A DNA stretch of 62,990 nt, counting the filler, from Circinaria calcarea (Eukaryota): NCBI GenBank assembly GCA_051942165.1. It is 9 parts of 9 records of this genome, joined end to end, with 100 filler letters (N's around TTAATTAATTAA, not from the genome) between each part and the next. Parts side by side here need not be neighbours in the genome. Positions count along the whole stretch, not along the records: positions 21,059 to 27,967 come from JAVECS010001458.1; positions 28,068 to 34,976 come from JAVECS010001459.1; positions 35,077 to 41,985 come from JAVECS010001460.1; 6 more parts are not named here. One strand, 5' to 3'. Shown here one piece after another: positions 22,295 through 36,263 of this stretch. The notes under the pieces are model-generated. The model was not told the DNA's origin. It searched no databases and worked only from the letters and a program-made list of their open reading frames with translations. Position 1 is the stretch's first letter, and each line of letters opens with the position of its first letter. Made by a program: the position numbers and the translations under genes.

Positions 22295-25200
22295 ATGGCA
22301 GAGCAGAGTATCCAAGATGTGGTAACTAAAACACAGTCGGCTGGCGACCCTTCGTCCGCCGACGTTTCTGCTGCCCAATACTTCGATCCCGCCGCGCGTA
22401 CGGCCTCAGATCAAGGTCCATCCGTCCAAAATTCCCCTATAAACTCGGAGTCTACGCCTAGTGTTCCAGTGGAACTACAACACTCCACAGTCGCAGGTGA
22501 GAAAGGAGATCGGACAGCTTTGCAAGAAACTGGAGTAAGATACGGGTTGATAGAGTTGGCTAGTGCCAAACTGACGGGTCGCAGGTCGACGTGAATGACC
22601 AATATCCCATGGGTCCCGCACATTCCTCTGCACCCGGATCAGACGAATCGAAAAACATCAATGAAATACAGGAACTCGATGCGGCTGAGGATGGATCTGT
22701 CCAAAGTATTGGAGTTGAAGGAAGTATCGGCTCAGAAACAGAGACAGGCAAGATAGATGCCGCAGACGGAACGGTCAAGGACCTGGCAGAGATTCAGGAA
22801 CAATCACGCCCAAATGCCCTAAAGAAATCTGCCACTTTTAAGCCTGTTTCCGTAACGAAGAACTTCTTAGCAAAGACAGGTACACCCACAACGCCAGCTC
22901 TAAAGGTTAGTAACGATAAAGGTAAGTTTAACCCTTGTGGAAGTCTTCTTCTGTCAAACTGACAATTGGTAGTCAATGGCGTAGTAGCTGGCGCATCTGG
23001 CATCTCGGCTCAGTCAGCACCTCGTCCTAGGCTAGTCGCGAAATCTGCCAGCGGACATAGGGCCTCGGCACCGAAGGCCATGAATCTGAATTCGAAAGCA
23101 GGACGAGGATCTGGGCCAGATCCTAATCAGGTGTGGAACAGGAATCGAGGTAGGGGGTACATTGAGATAGACTAAGAGCATTAAATAACACCTCAACAGT
23201 AGCTACACCTCAAGCAACGCCTAAACATCTGACAGATGAAGAGCTCAAACAACAGTATGGCATCCACCTAGCCTCTCGACTGCAAGAAGACGGAGACGGT
23301 AAAGAGGCAAAGTGGGCTGATATTGATGACGACGAGGATGATTGGGCTCCGGAGACTATTGAATGGAATGATGGCACAAAGATCAACTTGGCACAAAATG
23401 ACAGTGCTGCTATGTTCGCCGAGGAGCAAGCTGCCATAGAAGCTAAAAAGGAAAAGGACGAACAAGCGGCCAAATCGAAGATACTACTTGCAAAACCTAC
23501 AACCACTGTTGGACCCAATGCCACAGTTCTGAAAGTTGGATCAGCCTTACAGCCAAAGACTGGTGGGCTGGTTCTGAAGGCACCCTCTGACAAGCCAACA
23601 TTGGTGGCTAAGCCATCCTCTACAAGCACTGTAAAGTCTCCATGGGCATCTTTACCTCCTGTCGAGAAAGCCCCTCCTGTTCCAATCAACCCCCCAGTTC
23701 CCTCTCCCTCGGATCGCTTTACGCAGAGAGATCCTCATGGTTTTGATTCTATGCCGCCCCCACCCCTTCACGCGAAAGAGATAGCTGCTGATGATTTCTC
23801 TCGATCCTCCCGAGCTACAGTTACAGGCATTCCGAAAGAACTTTTCAATTCCCAATCTGGTCGTTATGAACCCGTTAATGAAACCCGCAGGGCTTCAATG
23901 CGGAAGGAGCAGAACTTCCGAGCTCCATCAGTATTACAACGACCTTCGCAGAATGACCAACACGGACCAGCGGAACCGTCACCTGCCTTTCAGACCTACA
24001 GATCAGGCATTCAGCAAGACTCGGGACTATGGAACCGTCGACGGACTTCATCTAATGTGAGCGGGGATAGTGGAAATCTAGACAGGCGGATGTCTCTAAG
24101 CAAGGCCACTGAACTTTCAAGCATCCCTGGTGGTGGTCGCCGATCGCGTCGGGACTCCCTTCGCGACCCTTCACCCATGACTCCTGGAACTGCAAACACG
24201 AAATGGATCCAGAGAGGGGTCTCGCCTGTTGAATCACGAGGGCAGTCTGTTGCATCTCAATCTCCAACGGTGGCTGCTTCTCATCCTAATATAACAAGCG
24301 ATTCGTCAAGATCGTCCCCACAGCAAAGCAAAGTCTTACCAAATGGCTTGCCGATATCTACTCCTATTATCACAGACCCTATACAAGATCCTGTCGCGGT
24401 CCAGAGGAAGCTTATGCGTGAGAAACGAGAGGCTGCAATCAAGCGTAAGAAGGAGGAGGAAGAAAAAGAGGAGGCGGCGAAGAGAGAGAGAATTCGATTG
24501 AAGATGGAGAAGCTGGGCTTAGTAGATGATAAGAAGGGGAAGAAAGAGGTGGCGAAAGAAGCTGCTTCTCTACCGGTCGTTTCACCAGCGGTGGTGCAAG
24601 AAGGAGTGACACATGCTCCTCGATCACCTCCGAAGCCACCCTTACCAGATGCATCAGGAATTCCTCAACAATATGGTATGATGAAGCTCCACGGGCCGCA
24701 GCCTGTGAATAGCCAACAACTCAAAAGTCCACTCCCTGAAAGGGAGGTTCAAGGCGTGCATAAAGGCGAGGAAAGTGTCCCTACTCGTGAAATCGACGCG
24801 AAGCCTGTTACAGTGAAGGAGACAGCAATATCTCTCCCCAATGGCATCATCGCAAGCACATCCCCAGAAACAACTACTATTCAGTCTGCTCCTGTCATTC
24901 AACCAAACGTTTCTCCGGATCCAAGGCTACAGTCCTGGAAGGGAGTTAACCAGGATCCTAATGTGAGTGCTACGTGGAATGGTGCCGGTATGACAACACA
25001 CTCGTCGCCGGGCGGGAATCTGTGGGGTCCACCATCAAACCATAGGGCGCTAGGTAATGGTGATTTCTATCATGCCATGCCACGGGTCCAACCGAGACAG
25101 CCTCCCCAATACCCTCAGCATCTGATTTCGCCACCCCCTCAGCCCATAGGTCCCCCTAGACATCATCAACAATCGCTAGGAGCTCAGTTACCAGCACATG

Positions 25201-26738
25201 CTTTGGAGAATTCAACGCTTTCTGCTATTGAGGAATCGCAAACAGTTCCAGCTTACCCTACTCCAGAATCCTCACCACCTAAATTGAACGGTCAGGGCAG
25301 AGGCCAAGAGCTAACAGAGTCGATGCAGCCGGGTCAAACAGCGAGGTCCGCTGCGTTGGTCGCGGACATTAGTCCTGGGAATCAGCTCTCTCAATTAAAT
25401 GAGGCCAAAAGAGCCGGTCTTTCGGCTTGGGCTAATTTTGGTGTAACGTCGGCCAAAGCAGAAGCTGAAAGGAACGAAAAGGCATTTCAAGAGCGTGCGG
25501 CACGACTTGCAGAGGAACAACGGACAGGTATTACGGAAGAACACCCAATGCCTACCATCAACGAGACATGGCGACAGGTTAAAACAGGTGATAGCGCAGG
25601 TGAACGTCAAGTGGTCGCTGCACTAAAAACACAAAGGAATGCACAGCCATTTGGTCCAACTCAACAAGTGATGGGTGATCGAACGGGCGAATCTGTTTCG
25701 GTTATTTCAAGTATGAATGGGACCGTACCAACATCTCGTTCACGGTTCTTCAGCGCTGGACAGGCTATTCCTCCACATGGTCAACGTTCCATTAGTAATC
25801 CAGTTGGCTTCAGCAGATCAGCTTCGCCGCCTCCACCAGACTCCAGAGATCATCCTGCTTACAGCAGTATCGACCAAAGACCTATGGTAAACCTACCTTT
25901 CGTCAAACCAAAGCCAACTGTCAAACTACCACCATCTTTCTCCGTTGTGAGACAGACAGCTACTGTAAACGAACCTCGCATGCCGTCCTTACGAGCCGTA
26001 TCCCAACCGATAGTGGCAAATCCTTCATGGCAAGACAGATTTAACGGACTGTTCGACCGAAAACTATCGCCAGAAAAAAAGTTCGCACATGTGGTTGACT
26101 TTTCAACATCGAAGGTGCCCTTAGAACTTATATCTGTCGAGGACCCAGCCGTTATCATACTTCCTCCCCAAGAGGAATCTGATATACCCGAAGAACCTGT
26201 CGATAACGAATTACCTACAAAGGCCGTAGAAGAAGAGGACGCTTTGTTCGAGGAACGTGACTTTGGATCCGTGCCTACAGTTCATATACCGAAAGACTCA
26301 CCACTTCCAGTGCCAGAGTGGCAACATGTTAAGCCACTCAAATCATCCAAAGCACGCTTGAAGCACCCAGCAGAGCTGGAAGTTCAAAGCGTCCTGCCAA
26401 TGATAAGTGGTATAGAAGATGGTTCGCGTGCAACGTCAACAGCAATTACTATCCGCCTAGGAGCTATGCGTACCCCAAAGTTCAAGACATTGCCCCGGTC
26501 ATATGGTCACGGTGCTAGCCGACCCCGTCAGTCCGTGCAAGCCAATTCGCCAAGAGGGAAACCTGGAAAGGGACCCAGGGTAAGGGACAGTTCTACAACA
26601 TTTGGATCCGTCAAACCCGCGAATAACGCATCTACAAGACCTCCAACCCAGAGTTTTCCAAGTCAGCAGGCGAGGCCGAAGCTCGACAACAATATAACAT
26701 GGGCGAGCCGTGCATCAGGCGTCGTGCAAGAATGGTAG
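22295..26738 (+). CDS. Large, mostly disordered conserved fungal protein (~1400 aa; introns 22535-22584, 22922-22972, 23150-23202)
   Basis: Four exons join in frame through canonical GT-AG introns. Conserved-looking islands: FKPVSVTKNFL, VWNRNR, DEELKQQYGIHLASRL, KWADIDDDEDDW and a charged coiled coil. Confidence 0.85.
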
Positions 26739-27340
26739 CAATCTCAATTGGCTTGGCTTTTCTGAATGCGTGGCAACAGTGGAACAGTAATCTGTTTACG
26801 CAGATAGCATGGCTGGGTTGTTGTAAGTAACTGGAATTGGCGTCGCCAGGAACAGGTGAATGGGGAAACGAGAGAGACAGTCACTACCCTCCTGCGCCTC
26901 CCGATCCTAATCATCACCCAAGGATTCAGCTAGAGACATTCGTTTCATGTGCTTTGCCACCGAAGCATCCGCCATCTCATGTTGTCACACATATGAGTAG
27001 GCTAGTTTACTTTAGTTGTGGCATGGCATTGTACTCCAGATTCCATGATCAGTACCACTGGCAACGTGTCTAATGCAAAGATTTCACCCGTTAGTCCTTT
27101 GCCCCCAGTGAAACAATGCAAGAAGTGAAGTGAACTCGAAGGCGTTTGTGCACGCATTGAAAATAACCTATCAATCCCTATCCACCTGCGCCATGCTAAT
27201 TTTGCCAATCCATGTGGCATACCAACCAAGACGTAAACGCTATAGAAGAATGGAAGCGACCCATGAGAGACTTGGTATCAGCCGTATGTTACAGACCCCT
27301 CCCTATAAGAACCCCCAGTTGCAAGTTGAATCGATCAAGC

Positions 27341-27960
<620 letters not shown>

Positions 27961-27967
27961 CTAGGAT

Positions 27968-28067
27968 NNNNNNNNNNNNNNNNNNNNNNNNNNNNNNNNN
28001 NNNNNNNNNNNTTAATTAATTAANNNNNNNNNNNNNNNNNNNNNNNNNNNNNNNNNNNNNNNNNNNN
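27968..28067. other. Artificial contig-joining spacer
   Basis: N44-TTAATTAATTAA-N44. Confidence 0.98.
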
Positions 28068-31000
28068 GACTCATCCCAGCCCCGGAAACCCCCAAACTAC
28101 CATCCGTGCTCCTGCCTTCGATCCGTCTCCCCCCAACAGGTCCCTGCCCCCCTTCCCCGGGCGGTTTGTACCCCCACTTCTTGCCTTCGCGGTAGACTTC
28201 TTCCACCATCGTCTCCACGAGGCCCGCGTCCCGGAACTCTTCGTATTTCCGCCAGAGGCGGAGGGCGGTCCGCGCGTCTTCGATGCTGTCGTGAGTTTCT
28301 TGCTGGATGTCCTCCTTGAGGAGGTACCATGCGAGGAAGCGGAGACTTAGCTTCCGTTGGCGGGCCCGGATGTAGAAGAGATCGACGGTATCGAGTACTT
28401 GGGATTTGGGTACGTGGATGTTGATAGTACGAAAGTCTTTGGGAAGGCCATGGCCGATGAAGATGCAACCGAGGTTTAATAGCAGCCAAAGCTTCTTGTA
28501 TGCAACCTTGAGGGGCACAAGATTGTGATTCGAGAAGCGGGGGTCAAGGTCCCCTTTTTGCACGCCCGACCATTTGGTAAGGTAGTCGACAATTGGTTCG
28601 TTAACTTTAATATAGTCGTTTATGAAGGGAGTGCCTTCGTCATTGCCGCTGCCCCGCAAAACCGAGACGCGTGCTAGGCCAAGGCGGGTGGGTCGGACTA
28701 TCTCACGGTCGCCGTCGGCTTTTATCTCGATTTCCTCTTGTTGAAGGGCAACAAACTCGGTATCAATGGCGACATGGGAGCCAGGGGTAGGCGCTTCGAT
28801 GTCAGATCGTAGTGGCCGGCAATCTCTTGGAATCCGGTGGCTGTATCAGATCAGTAAAAGCTCCACGATATCAGCTATCAGCTTAGCTTACTTGATGGAG
28901 TAATCATAGTATAGTAGTGACGTATCCAGTAATCCTTTCCAGGAGTCATCTAGAGTATGACTTGCACTTGAGACTTGAAACGCGATGATGGCCGGTAGTT
29001 TCCACGAAGGTGTAAACTGCAAGGCATCTTCTCTCGAAACCTTTCGGACAAGAAAATCATTGAAGAGATGCCAACTCTTTTCCTCCAATGGTGCTCGGTC
29101 AGATATAGCTACTAAAAGAAGTTAGCTTGGTCAGTCTATGTTACACGAGGTAGACCCACCGTCTATCAAAGACACCAAGTGAGACTTTTGGTGTTCGCCA
29201 CCATTGATGTCTGCCACAATTCCTACCAAATCATACACCGTGATAACGTGCATGCCTCGTTGTAAATGCAAGCGTAAATCTTCACCTTCAAAGCAGAAGA
29301 ATTTACCGTTTTCGACAATCACTCCTATTCTCTCTGGTAGCCAGCCCGGGACAGCCCAGTACTGTTTGGATTCAAGCGTCTTCAACGCGGCATTGACCAT
29401 GAGGACTAGAGGCACTCCACGTACAGTTTTACGTGTAGCGAGCTGTTGGTATCGACGGCATTTGTCGCACCAACCCCGAGTTTGCGTTTCACGTTCGATG
29501 CTTGCTTTCAGTGTCTGAGAAAAAGTGGGGATTTGGGTGCGGACACGACTGTTTGCGCTCTGGCTATATTTTCAGTACTATTAATCGTCTCCGGAACGGC
29601 CCTTACCATTGGTAGATAGATTAGATCATTGACGTAAGTGCCACCAGGTCTGATGGTCTCATTATGACAATGAACACAACGTATACTCGACAATGCATCT
29701 ATGGCTAGTGTCTAAACAATCGAGTCAGCATAGTGGCCTACCCCAACACATAAAACATACTTGATCAAACTCCGGGGAGTGTGGAGGGATCCTTTTAAAA
29801 TCTATAGAGATTTGCTCAAGTAAGAATCTATTGGCGGACTGCATCATAACCGTAAGAGGATTGTTGTGCGACTGCTCCTCAAGGAGTCCTAACCTGGCAG
29901 CTGATTGAGATATTCAGCAGACGCATTGCATTGTACTTTGAAAACGTACCTTCAGGAATGCTGCTAAATGTCTTGAGGAAGTTTGTCGCTTGGCAGCTTT
30001 GACCTTCAGCCTTGTCCAACATGTCAAATAAGAAACCCATCTCACAGAGCAGGCAGTTTTCCGATAAGCAGGTAATTGCAGCATGGTGTAAAGCAAGGTT
30101 TCTGATGAGTGGAGTGAATTTGAATAGCTGCAGCAGCGGATTCGCGTAGGAGTTGGCGATGTGGGTTTCGAGACCAGAGAAATGTGTTTTGTTATAGTAT
30201 CTGTCAAGATTTATGAGCATAAGAACCGCATATTAGGAAGCTAAATAGACCTACTCGAAGTCGAAATCGTCAACTCCAAATTTGCTATACTTAATCTCCA
30301 CATTGCGGTACATTATTGGCACATCGGCTTTGGCAATGTTATTCAGGGCTACGTTCGCCAAAGCTTCTGCTATATCACTCATACGTCTCTCGCTGCCATG
30401 ATCGCTCTCTGGTTCTCTTGCTTTTTCGCTAAGGAACTTTGGTGCTGCTAGTACAACGCCATTAGAATCCACATTTCGAGTTTTCTCAGCCTGATTTCTC
30501 CGTACTTTCCGAGGATTGGGTGCCCAAGATCCAAGCTCGTTAGGCCGAAGATTACCGAGTATAATTGGATCGATCTTCGGCGGAGGATTACCAACCTCGT
30601 ACAGTTGATTACTCGGCCAAACCGAGAGAAGTTGCTCGCGGTAATAAGGCATACCGATTGTACTCAGGGGTCTAATGTGCGGAGTTGAATTATTAGCCGT
30701 GAGGACGACATAGTCACCAGGAAGCTTACAAATCTGCGTCCAGTTCCATTGGAGGGGTAGGAATTTCCGTGTCGGCAAATTCAGTAGCATTGCTATATTC
30801 TGCAAACTGTAATTTCGAAGGCGAACCCCAAAGGTGGATGGAACCATCTGCGTCTGATATTGCGAGAGCCTCCCCAGACGGTGCGAGGACTAAGCCTGAC
30901 ATGTAGGTTGATATATTTGCTTGACGTATATTGGCGGTATTGGCATTCATCAGATCCACGACTTGGAGTTGGCCACTCTGTGAGGCAATGATACATGTGG

Positions 31001-32034
31001 TTGACATTCTAGGATGCATTTGAACGTGGGCTGCACCTGCATGAAACGGCACAGGAGGAAGCTGGACCATTGCCCGGAGATCGTATACGTTGGCGAGGCT
31101 GGCTAGCATAGGAGTACCCTGAGGCCGAGTGACCCATCCGCATGTCACTAGATAATTATTCCTCGCATCCATATCGCATATACCAACATTGTTTGTATTT
31201 AGCGCTTTGATTATCCTTAGAGTATCCGAATCGAGAATGTTGACAGAGCCAGTACTTGTAGCTGCACAGATGTACTGACTGTACTTCATCAAAGTATACT
31301 CATGTTCGGTAGGAATCTAGCCTCTGCTTAGTCACTGACGAGGTAACCTGGCTGCCGTCAATCACCTCTTGCACAACTCGGCCCTTCTCAACATCAATCT
31401 TTAGCATGACGTCCTGGCAACCCGCAACGACAATCATAGCATTGTCTCTTCCTAGATAGCTCATGCAACGTAGGTTCCTCAAAGCCTCGTCTCTGCAACG
31501 AACCGGTCAACTCTTGCCGGCTGAACACAGTAAGGGTAGCTCCATACGTGATATGCCATTGCGTCAGACCCCTTCTCGCAGACAGATGAACACTATTCGG
31601 TGCCACAGAGATGACGCCCCTGTCATGGAATAGCAACTGCTTGACAGGACCTTCTTTTGAAGAATGCGCCTGAATCGAGGTATACCTTCGCAATTCGGGA
31701 CCATAGAAGGAAGTAACACGGCCCTAGTTTGCCTTGCTCAGCCTCCCTTCTTCAGATCTCATAGAATACGCAACTCACGTACTCGTTGCCTACCCACAGT
31801 AGCTCCTGTTGCGTGTCAAAGGCTAGAGTACTAGCAGGTGTGGGTATGTCCCGAGCCTCAGGCAGAGGGACAGTAATGCGATGTACCTGATGGGTACAAA
31901 CATTGTCAGCGCGATCTTGATCCCGTAACTACAATCTTGGTCGGACGAGGAGTGTCTAATGCATCACAGTCGAACATGATTCTGCTAATGAAGCAACATT
32001 AAAGATTACATACCTCATCCCAGTCAGCCTCCAT
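28068..32034 (-). CDS. PAN2: PAN2 poly(A) deadenylase catalytic subunit (multi-exon; extreme 3' end missing)
   Basis: Starts MEADWDE|. Contains a WD40 region, linker [16 protein letters not shown]-like [13 protein letters not shown], and DEDD exonuclease motifs [16 protein letters not shown] and HDSIEDA. Confidence 0.95.
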
Positions 32035-32537
32035 TTTGATGTCAGGTAGTCTCCATCCATTTGATCAGTAAGCAGAATTGATGACTCGGTACCTGCCTCA
32101 TGAGCAATTTCTTTCATGAGAAAATCCAAATGCTGAACACAAAGCGAGCAAAGTAATGTCAGAGTAGTACAATGTAGCTGACGCTGTCTTTGGGATACGT
32201 GAAGCTCACTATTCGGCCCCGGAAAAAGTCTCTCCGACGTTTTATCCGGACAAATGTCTGATTGGCTACAGTACATCACAATGGGCACCGCGAAACGCTC
32301 CTTTTCACACACGGCGGATCATATGTATCCAACGTCACTACTTCAGACACGCAGGTCATGTTAAACGACAAGGTTGACATTAGATAAATGCATGTAACTT
32401 GTCGTTACTATGTTACAGTTGTACCAATTAGCCCGTATGTCCGGCCTTTCCTAAGCACAGCCGAAGTTTTCAATTTGAACCGCCTTCCCACCAGCATACA
32501 TGTGACACTTGGAGTGCGGTATACAATCGACCTGGCT

Positions 32538-34857
32538 TTATACATTGGGACCTATGGCCAGAATTAGATAGCTGGACAGACTACTCTGCCTTTGCGCAGG
32601 ACTACTTACCAGCTTTGATGACTTCCTCGGTCGCTTCATCCGAGTACTTTTTGAAGTTCTCGACAAACAATTCACCAAGTTTCAATACCTCCTCCTTGAA
32701 ATCTGCTGAACCGGTCCATGATTTCTTTGGGTTTAACAAGTCACCGGGGACCCCGGGGCAAGAGACGGGCACATGGAGATTGAAAGTGTCATAAGTCTCG
32801 TATTCGGCCTTTGCCAGTTCGCCAGAGTGGATGGCGTCAAGGATTGCACGTGTGTATTTGAGGCTAACAAACGTTAACAGGAGATCACTCAAGAGCAAAA
32901 AGGATGCCTACGGGCAACGTTTCCCACCCGTCGTGGCGCCGGCGCCTACCCAACCGGTGTTCAGTAACCAAGCATTAGCCTTGTGATGTGCGATTTTATC
33001 TGCGAGCATCTTTGCGTATCGCATAGGATGTAGAGCCAAGAATGGTTGAGCAAAACAGGACGAGAAGGTTGCTTGGGGCTCCGTAACCCCGTCTTCGGTC
33101 CCAGCCATCTTGGAAGTGTAGCCAGAGATGAAATGGAACATGGTCTGCTCGCCGGTAAGTTTCGAAATGGGCGGTAAGACTCCTCGAGCATCGCAGGTGA
33201 GCAGAATAATATTTGTTGGGTGATTAGTTGAAAGGCAAGGGATCTTCGCATTGTCAATGTACTCGATAGGGTACGCGCTATAGACAGTTTCAGCACAGTA
33301 ATTGGCCGTCTATGCACGGTAATCTTACCAGCGAGTGTTTTCCGTCAGAGTAGCATTCTCATAGTCAACCAAGCGGGTTTCTGGGCTAAAGACTACGTTT
33401 TCGAGGATTGCACCGAATTTGATTGCTTTGAAGATATCTGGTTCTTTTTCCGCCGATAGCCCAATGCACTTGGCATAACACTAGTCCTATGTGTGAGCAC
33501 ACGATATCCGTACAGAAAGCTATTCATCGGACTTACGCCTCCTTCTATATTGAAAATGCCGCGGTCACTCCAGCAATGCTCATCATCACCGATGAGCGCT
33601 CGCTTTGGATCTGCAGAAAGGGTCGTTTTTCCGGTGCCGGACAATCCAAAGAAAACCGTGACGTCTCCATCTTTGCCCTCGTTCGCCGACGAGTGAAGCG
33701 TCAGGACGTTATGTTTCACGGGCATCTCAAAGAAGAGCACAGTGAATATACCCTTTTTCATTTCTCCAGCATACTCAGTACCCAGAATGACCATTTCCTT
33801 ATCACCAAAGTTGATGGCAACCGAAGTAGCCGAAGTCATGCCCGTGGTAAACCTATTTGCCGGGAAAGAGCCCGCGTTGTATATGGTATAGTCGGGGCGG
33901 AAGTGTTCAAGTTCTTTCCGTGACGGCCGGATGAGCATGTTACGCATGAACAGGGCATGGTAGGCTCGGGCACACACGACTCGCACGTTGATACGGTATT
34001 GTTCATCCCAACCGGCGAAGCCATCAACAACGTAGATTCGATTTCTAGTGTTAAGGTAATCAATGGCTCGTTCTCTGTTGATTTTCCAAACCTGTGATAA
34101 TCTTATGTGAGTCGATGAACCAGATTAACGAGCACGTGATCAGATCCAATCGGATCTAACAGCAAGGGGTCGATAATGGATAACCAATAGCCCTATCACC
34201 CTAGTTGAGGGGCTATGCGGGGTTGAGCAAGGTTCGAGGATATAAATATCAAAACCCTCGTGGCAGTGCCGAGGTATCGAGACATCATTATCGCAGGCTG
34301 CTATGACATAAGAAAGAGAACGATATCGAGTGATGAATCGTTACGAGCAAAATCCGCAATTGAGCCGACTCTTTTACGTACCTCAGGAGTCATGGGCTTG
34401 TTGACAGGCCCCCACCAGACCTCTTTCTCCGAGCTTGGCTCCTTCACGATGCGCTTGTCAAGAGGTGAACGACCCGTCTTCGCACCAGAGTATGCAGTCA
34501 AGGCGCCCGTGGAAGTAATGGCAGATCCGGTCTCGTAGACAAGTGCATCTTCGTACAATGCTGCCACCGAAGGGTTACCAATCTATGCCATAGGGTCAGT
34601 TAATTGGGGCATCAAAGATAGAAAAAGGCTCTGGGGATTAACTTACAATAGCGACGCGGTCATAGTCGATATGTGCTATCTCATGGAGTTCCTCTTCCAA
34701 CTCTGTGTGCTCCCTCTGCGGTCTGTATGTAGTCAATGGTCAGCCTTCGTCCCATTTCCGCAGATACATCGGTCCTAGAGCTGTAGGTATCACATGCACA
34801 GGAGATGGAGACGTACTCAACGCCATAGGGGTGAAGGTTGGTCTGGTTGACACTCAT
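32538..34857 (-). CDS. PCK1: Phosphoenolpyruvate carboxykinase (ATP), multi-exon, complete
   Basis: Starts [14 protein letters not shown]|. Motifs [11 protein letters not shown]-loop [20 protein letters not shown] and [10 protein letters not shown]. Final exon GPNV*. Confidence 0.96.
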
Positions 34858-34976
34858 GGTGCTGAGAGAGGAGGAGTGGTAGTTGTTTTTCTGCTGTTTG
34901 ACAAACTGCTGTCTTGCAAAATCACTCGCAAGAGGTCCCGGCGCGTGAGGACGAGGAGGAACTGGCTTCGAGGAGT

Positions 34977-35076
34977 NNNNNNNNNNNNNNNNNNNNNNNN
35001 NNNNNNNNNNNNNNNNNNNNTTAATTAATTAANNNNNNNNNNNNNNNNNNNNNNNNNNNNNNNNNNNNNNNNNNNN
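34977..35076. other. Artificial contig-joining spacer
   Basis: N44-TTAATTAATTAA-N44. Confidence 0.98.
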
Positions 35077-35826
35077 TCACAGTAGCGGTGCGAAGCGCCT
35101 GGAGGATACTCAGATTCCTCATGATATCCATTGGCTCTTCGTTAAGCATCCTTTGTTCTTCTTCGGCGAGTTTAAGAGCCTCGCGGTAGAGTGCAGCAAG
35201 TTCATCGGTCTCTTTCAATGACGGGGCTGGAGAAGAAGTCAGCAATGGGTTCTGCATCATGTTCGAAATCAGGGTCACTAGATTAGATGACATTCGCCAG
35301 AATTACGCAGAAAGAGGATAATGAACAGACAGATAGAGATGATTCATACTATGAGTTTTCAGACCCAGATAGAAAGTAGTGCATATAGAGCACCTTGAGG
35401 CAGCTAGTTTAAGGACTAACATGACTTGGAATTGAAGATCAACGGCACAATAATGCCTTTTGCCATACGCAAAGGAGACCTTAAATATCTCAAACAAAAT
35501 AGTGTAGAAGGACAATTATGAATGTTCTCACATAAGGCCTTAGGTCTCTAGCGCTCGTCATGATCGCGAGTAGGATTGAGTATACATTTACATGAACCTT
35601 GAGCAATGGAAAAGAAGCTGCAAATTCAAGAGCAAACATCGTACTCACGCTTCGACATCTTCTCCTCTTTTTCGATGATAAGCCTCGAGACTTCTTTAGC
35701 CCGGTCATTGACAGCTTTGCACTTCTCGAGATCACGGACAATCTGTTCCCACATGGCTTTTTCCTCATGAGCGTCTTCACGATCCTCCTTGACGAAGCCA
35801 CTTCGAGGTCTGTTGCGTGCAGCCAT
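35077..35826 (-). CDS. SGF29: SAGA subunit Sgf29, N-terminal coiled coil (exons 35649-35826, 35077-35226; Tudor domains beyond contig end)
   Basis: MAARNRPR...EEKAMWEQIVRDL and EEPMDIMRNLSILQALR resemble the Pezizomycotina Sgf29 N-terminus. A GTGAGT...CTGAC...CAG intron joins the exons in frame. Confidence 0.75.
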
Positions 35827-36263
35827 GATGTCTAACTCCTCAACTTCTGAATTCTCGTCCCCGATTCCGATAGTTTGTCTGTATTTCCGGTTTAACTCTG
35901 CCAGACCCTCGACAGACTTTGCCAACGTGGGACTTCCGAGAGGGAAGGTCTCTCTTCAACTTTTGTTCATTCTTTTTGTTTGGAGTAGGCCCTTCGCCCC
36001 GAATTACAGGTGCAGATTGGTCAGTCGGTTCTCTGATTGTCATTCTGACTACTCAAAGCGGGCGCGCGGAGTATTGTAGCCGATAGGGAGATTTGGCGAT
36101 AAGGCTGAAGATCTGCAGTTTACAAGCTTGGACGGGGGGAATTATGACGATGAAAGGAAATGGGCAGAGGCATATATGCAGAGAAAATCACCGGGAAAGT
36201 CCGTGAGAAAGACTCAAACACTTACTACAGCTTTTCCCGTACGGTTATCTTATCATATCCCAA

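Noticed and set aside
30130..30180. PAN2 UCH domain lacks the catalytic cysteine (NSYAN)
   Set aside because: Known property of Pan2, whose UCH domain is a pseudo-deubiquitinase.
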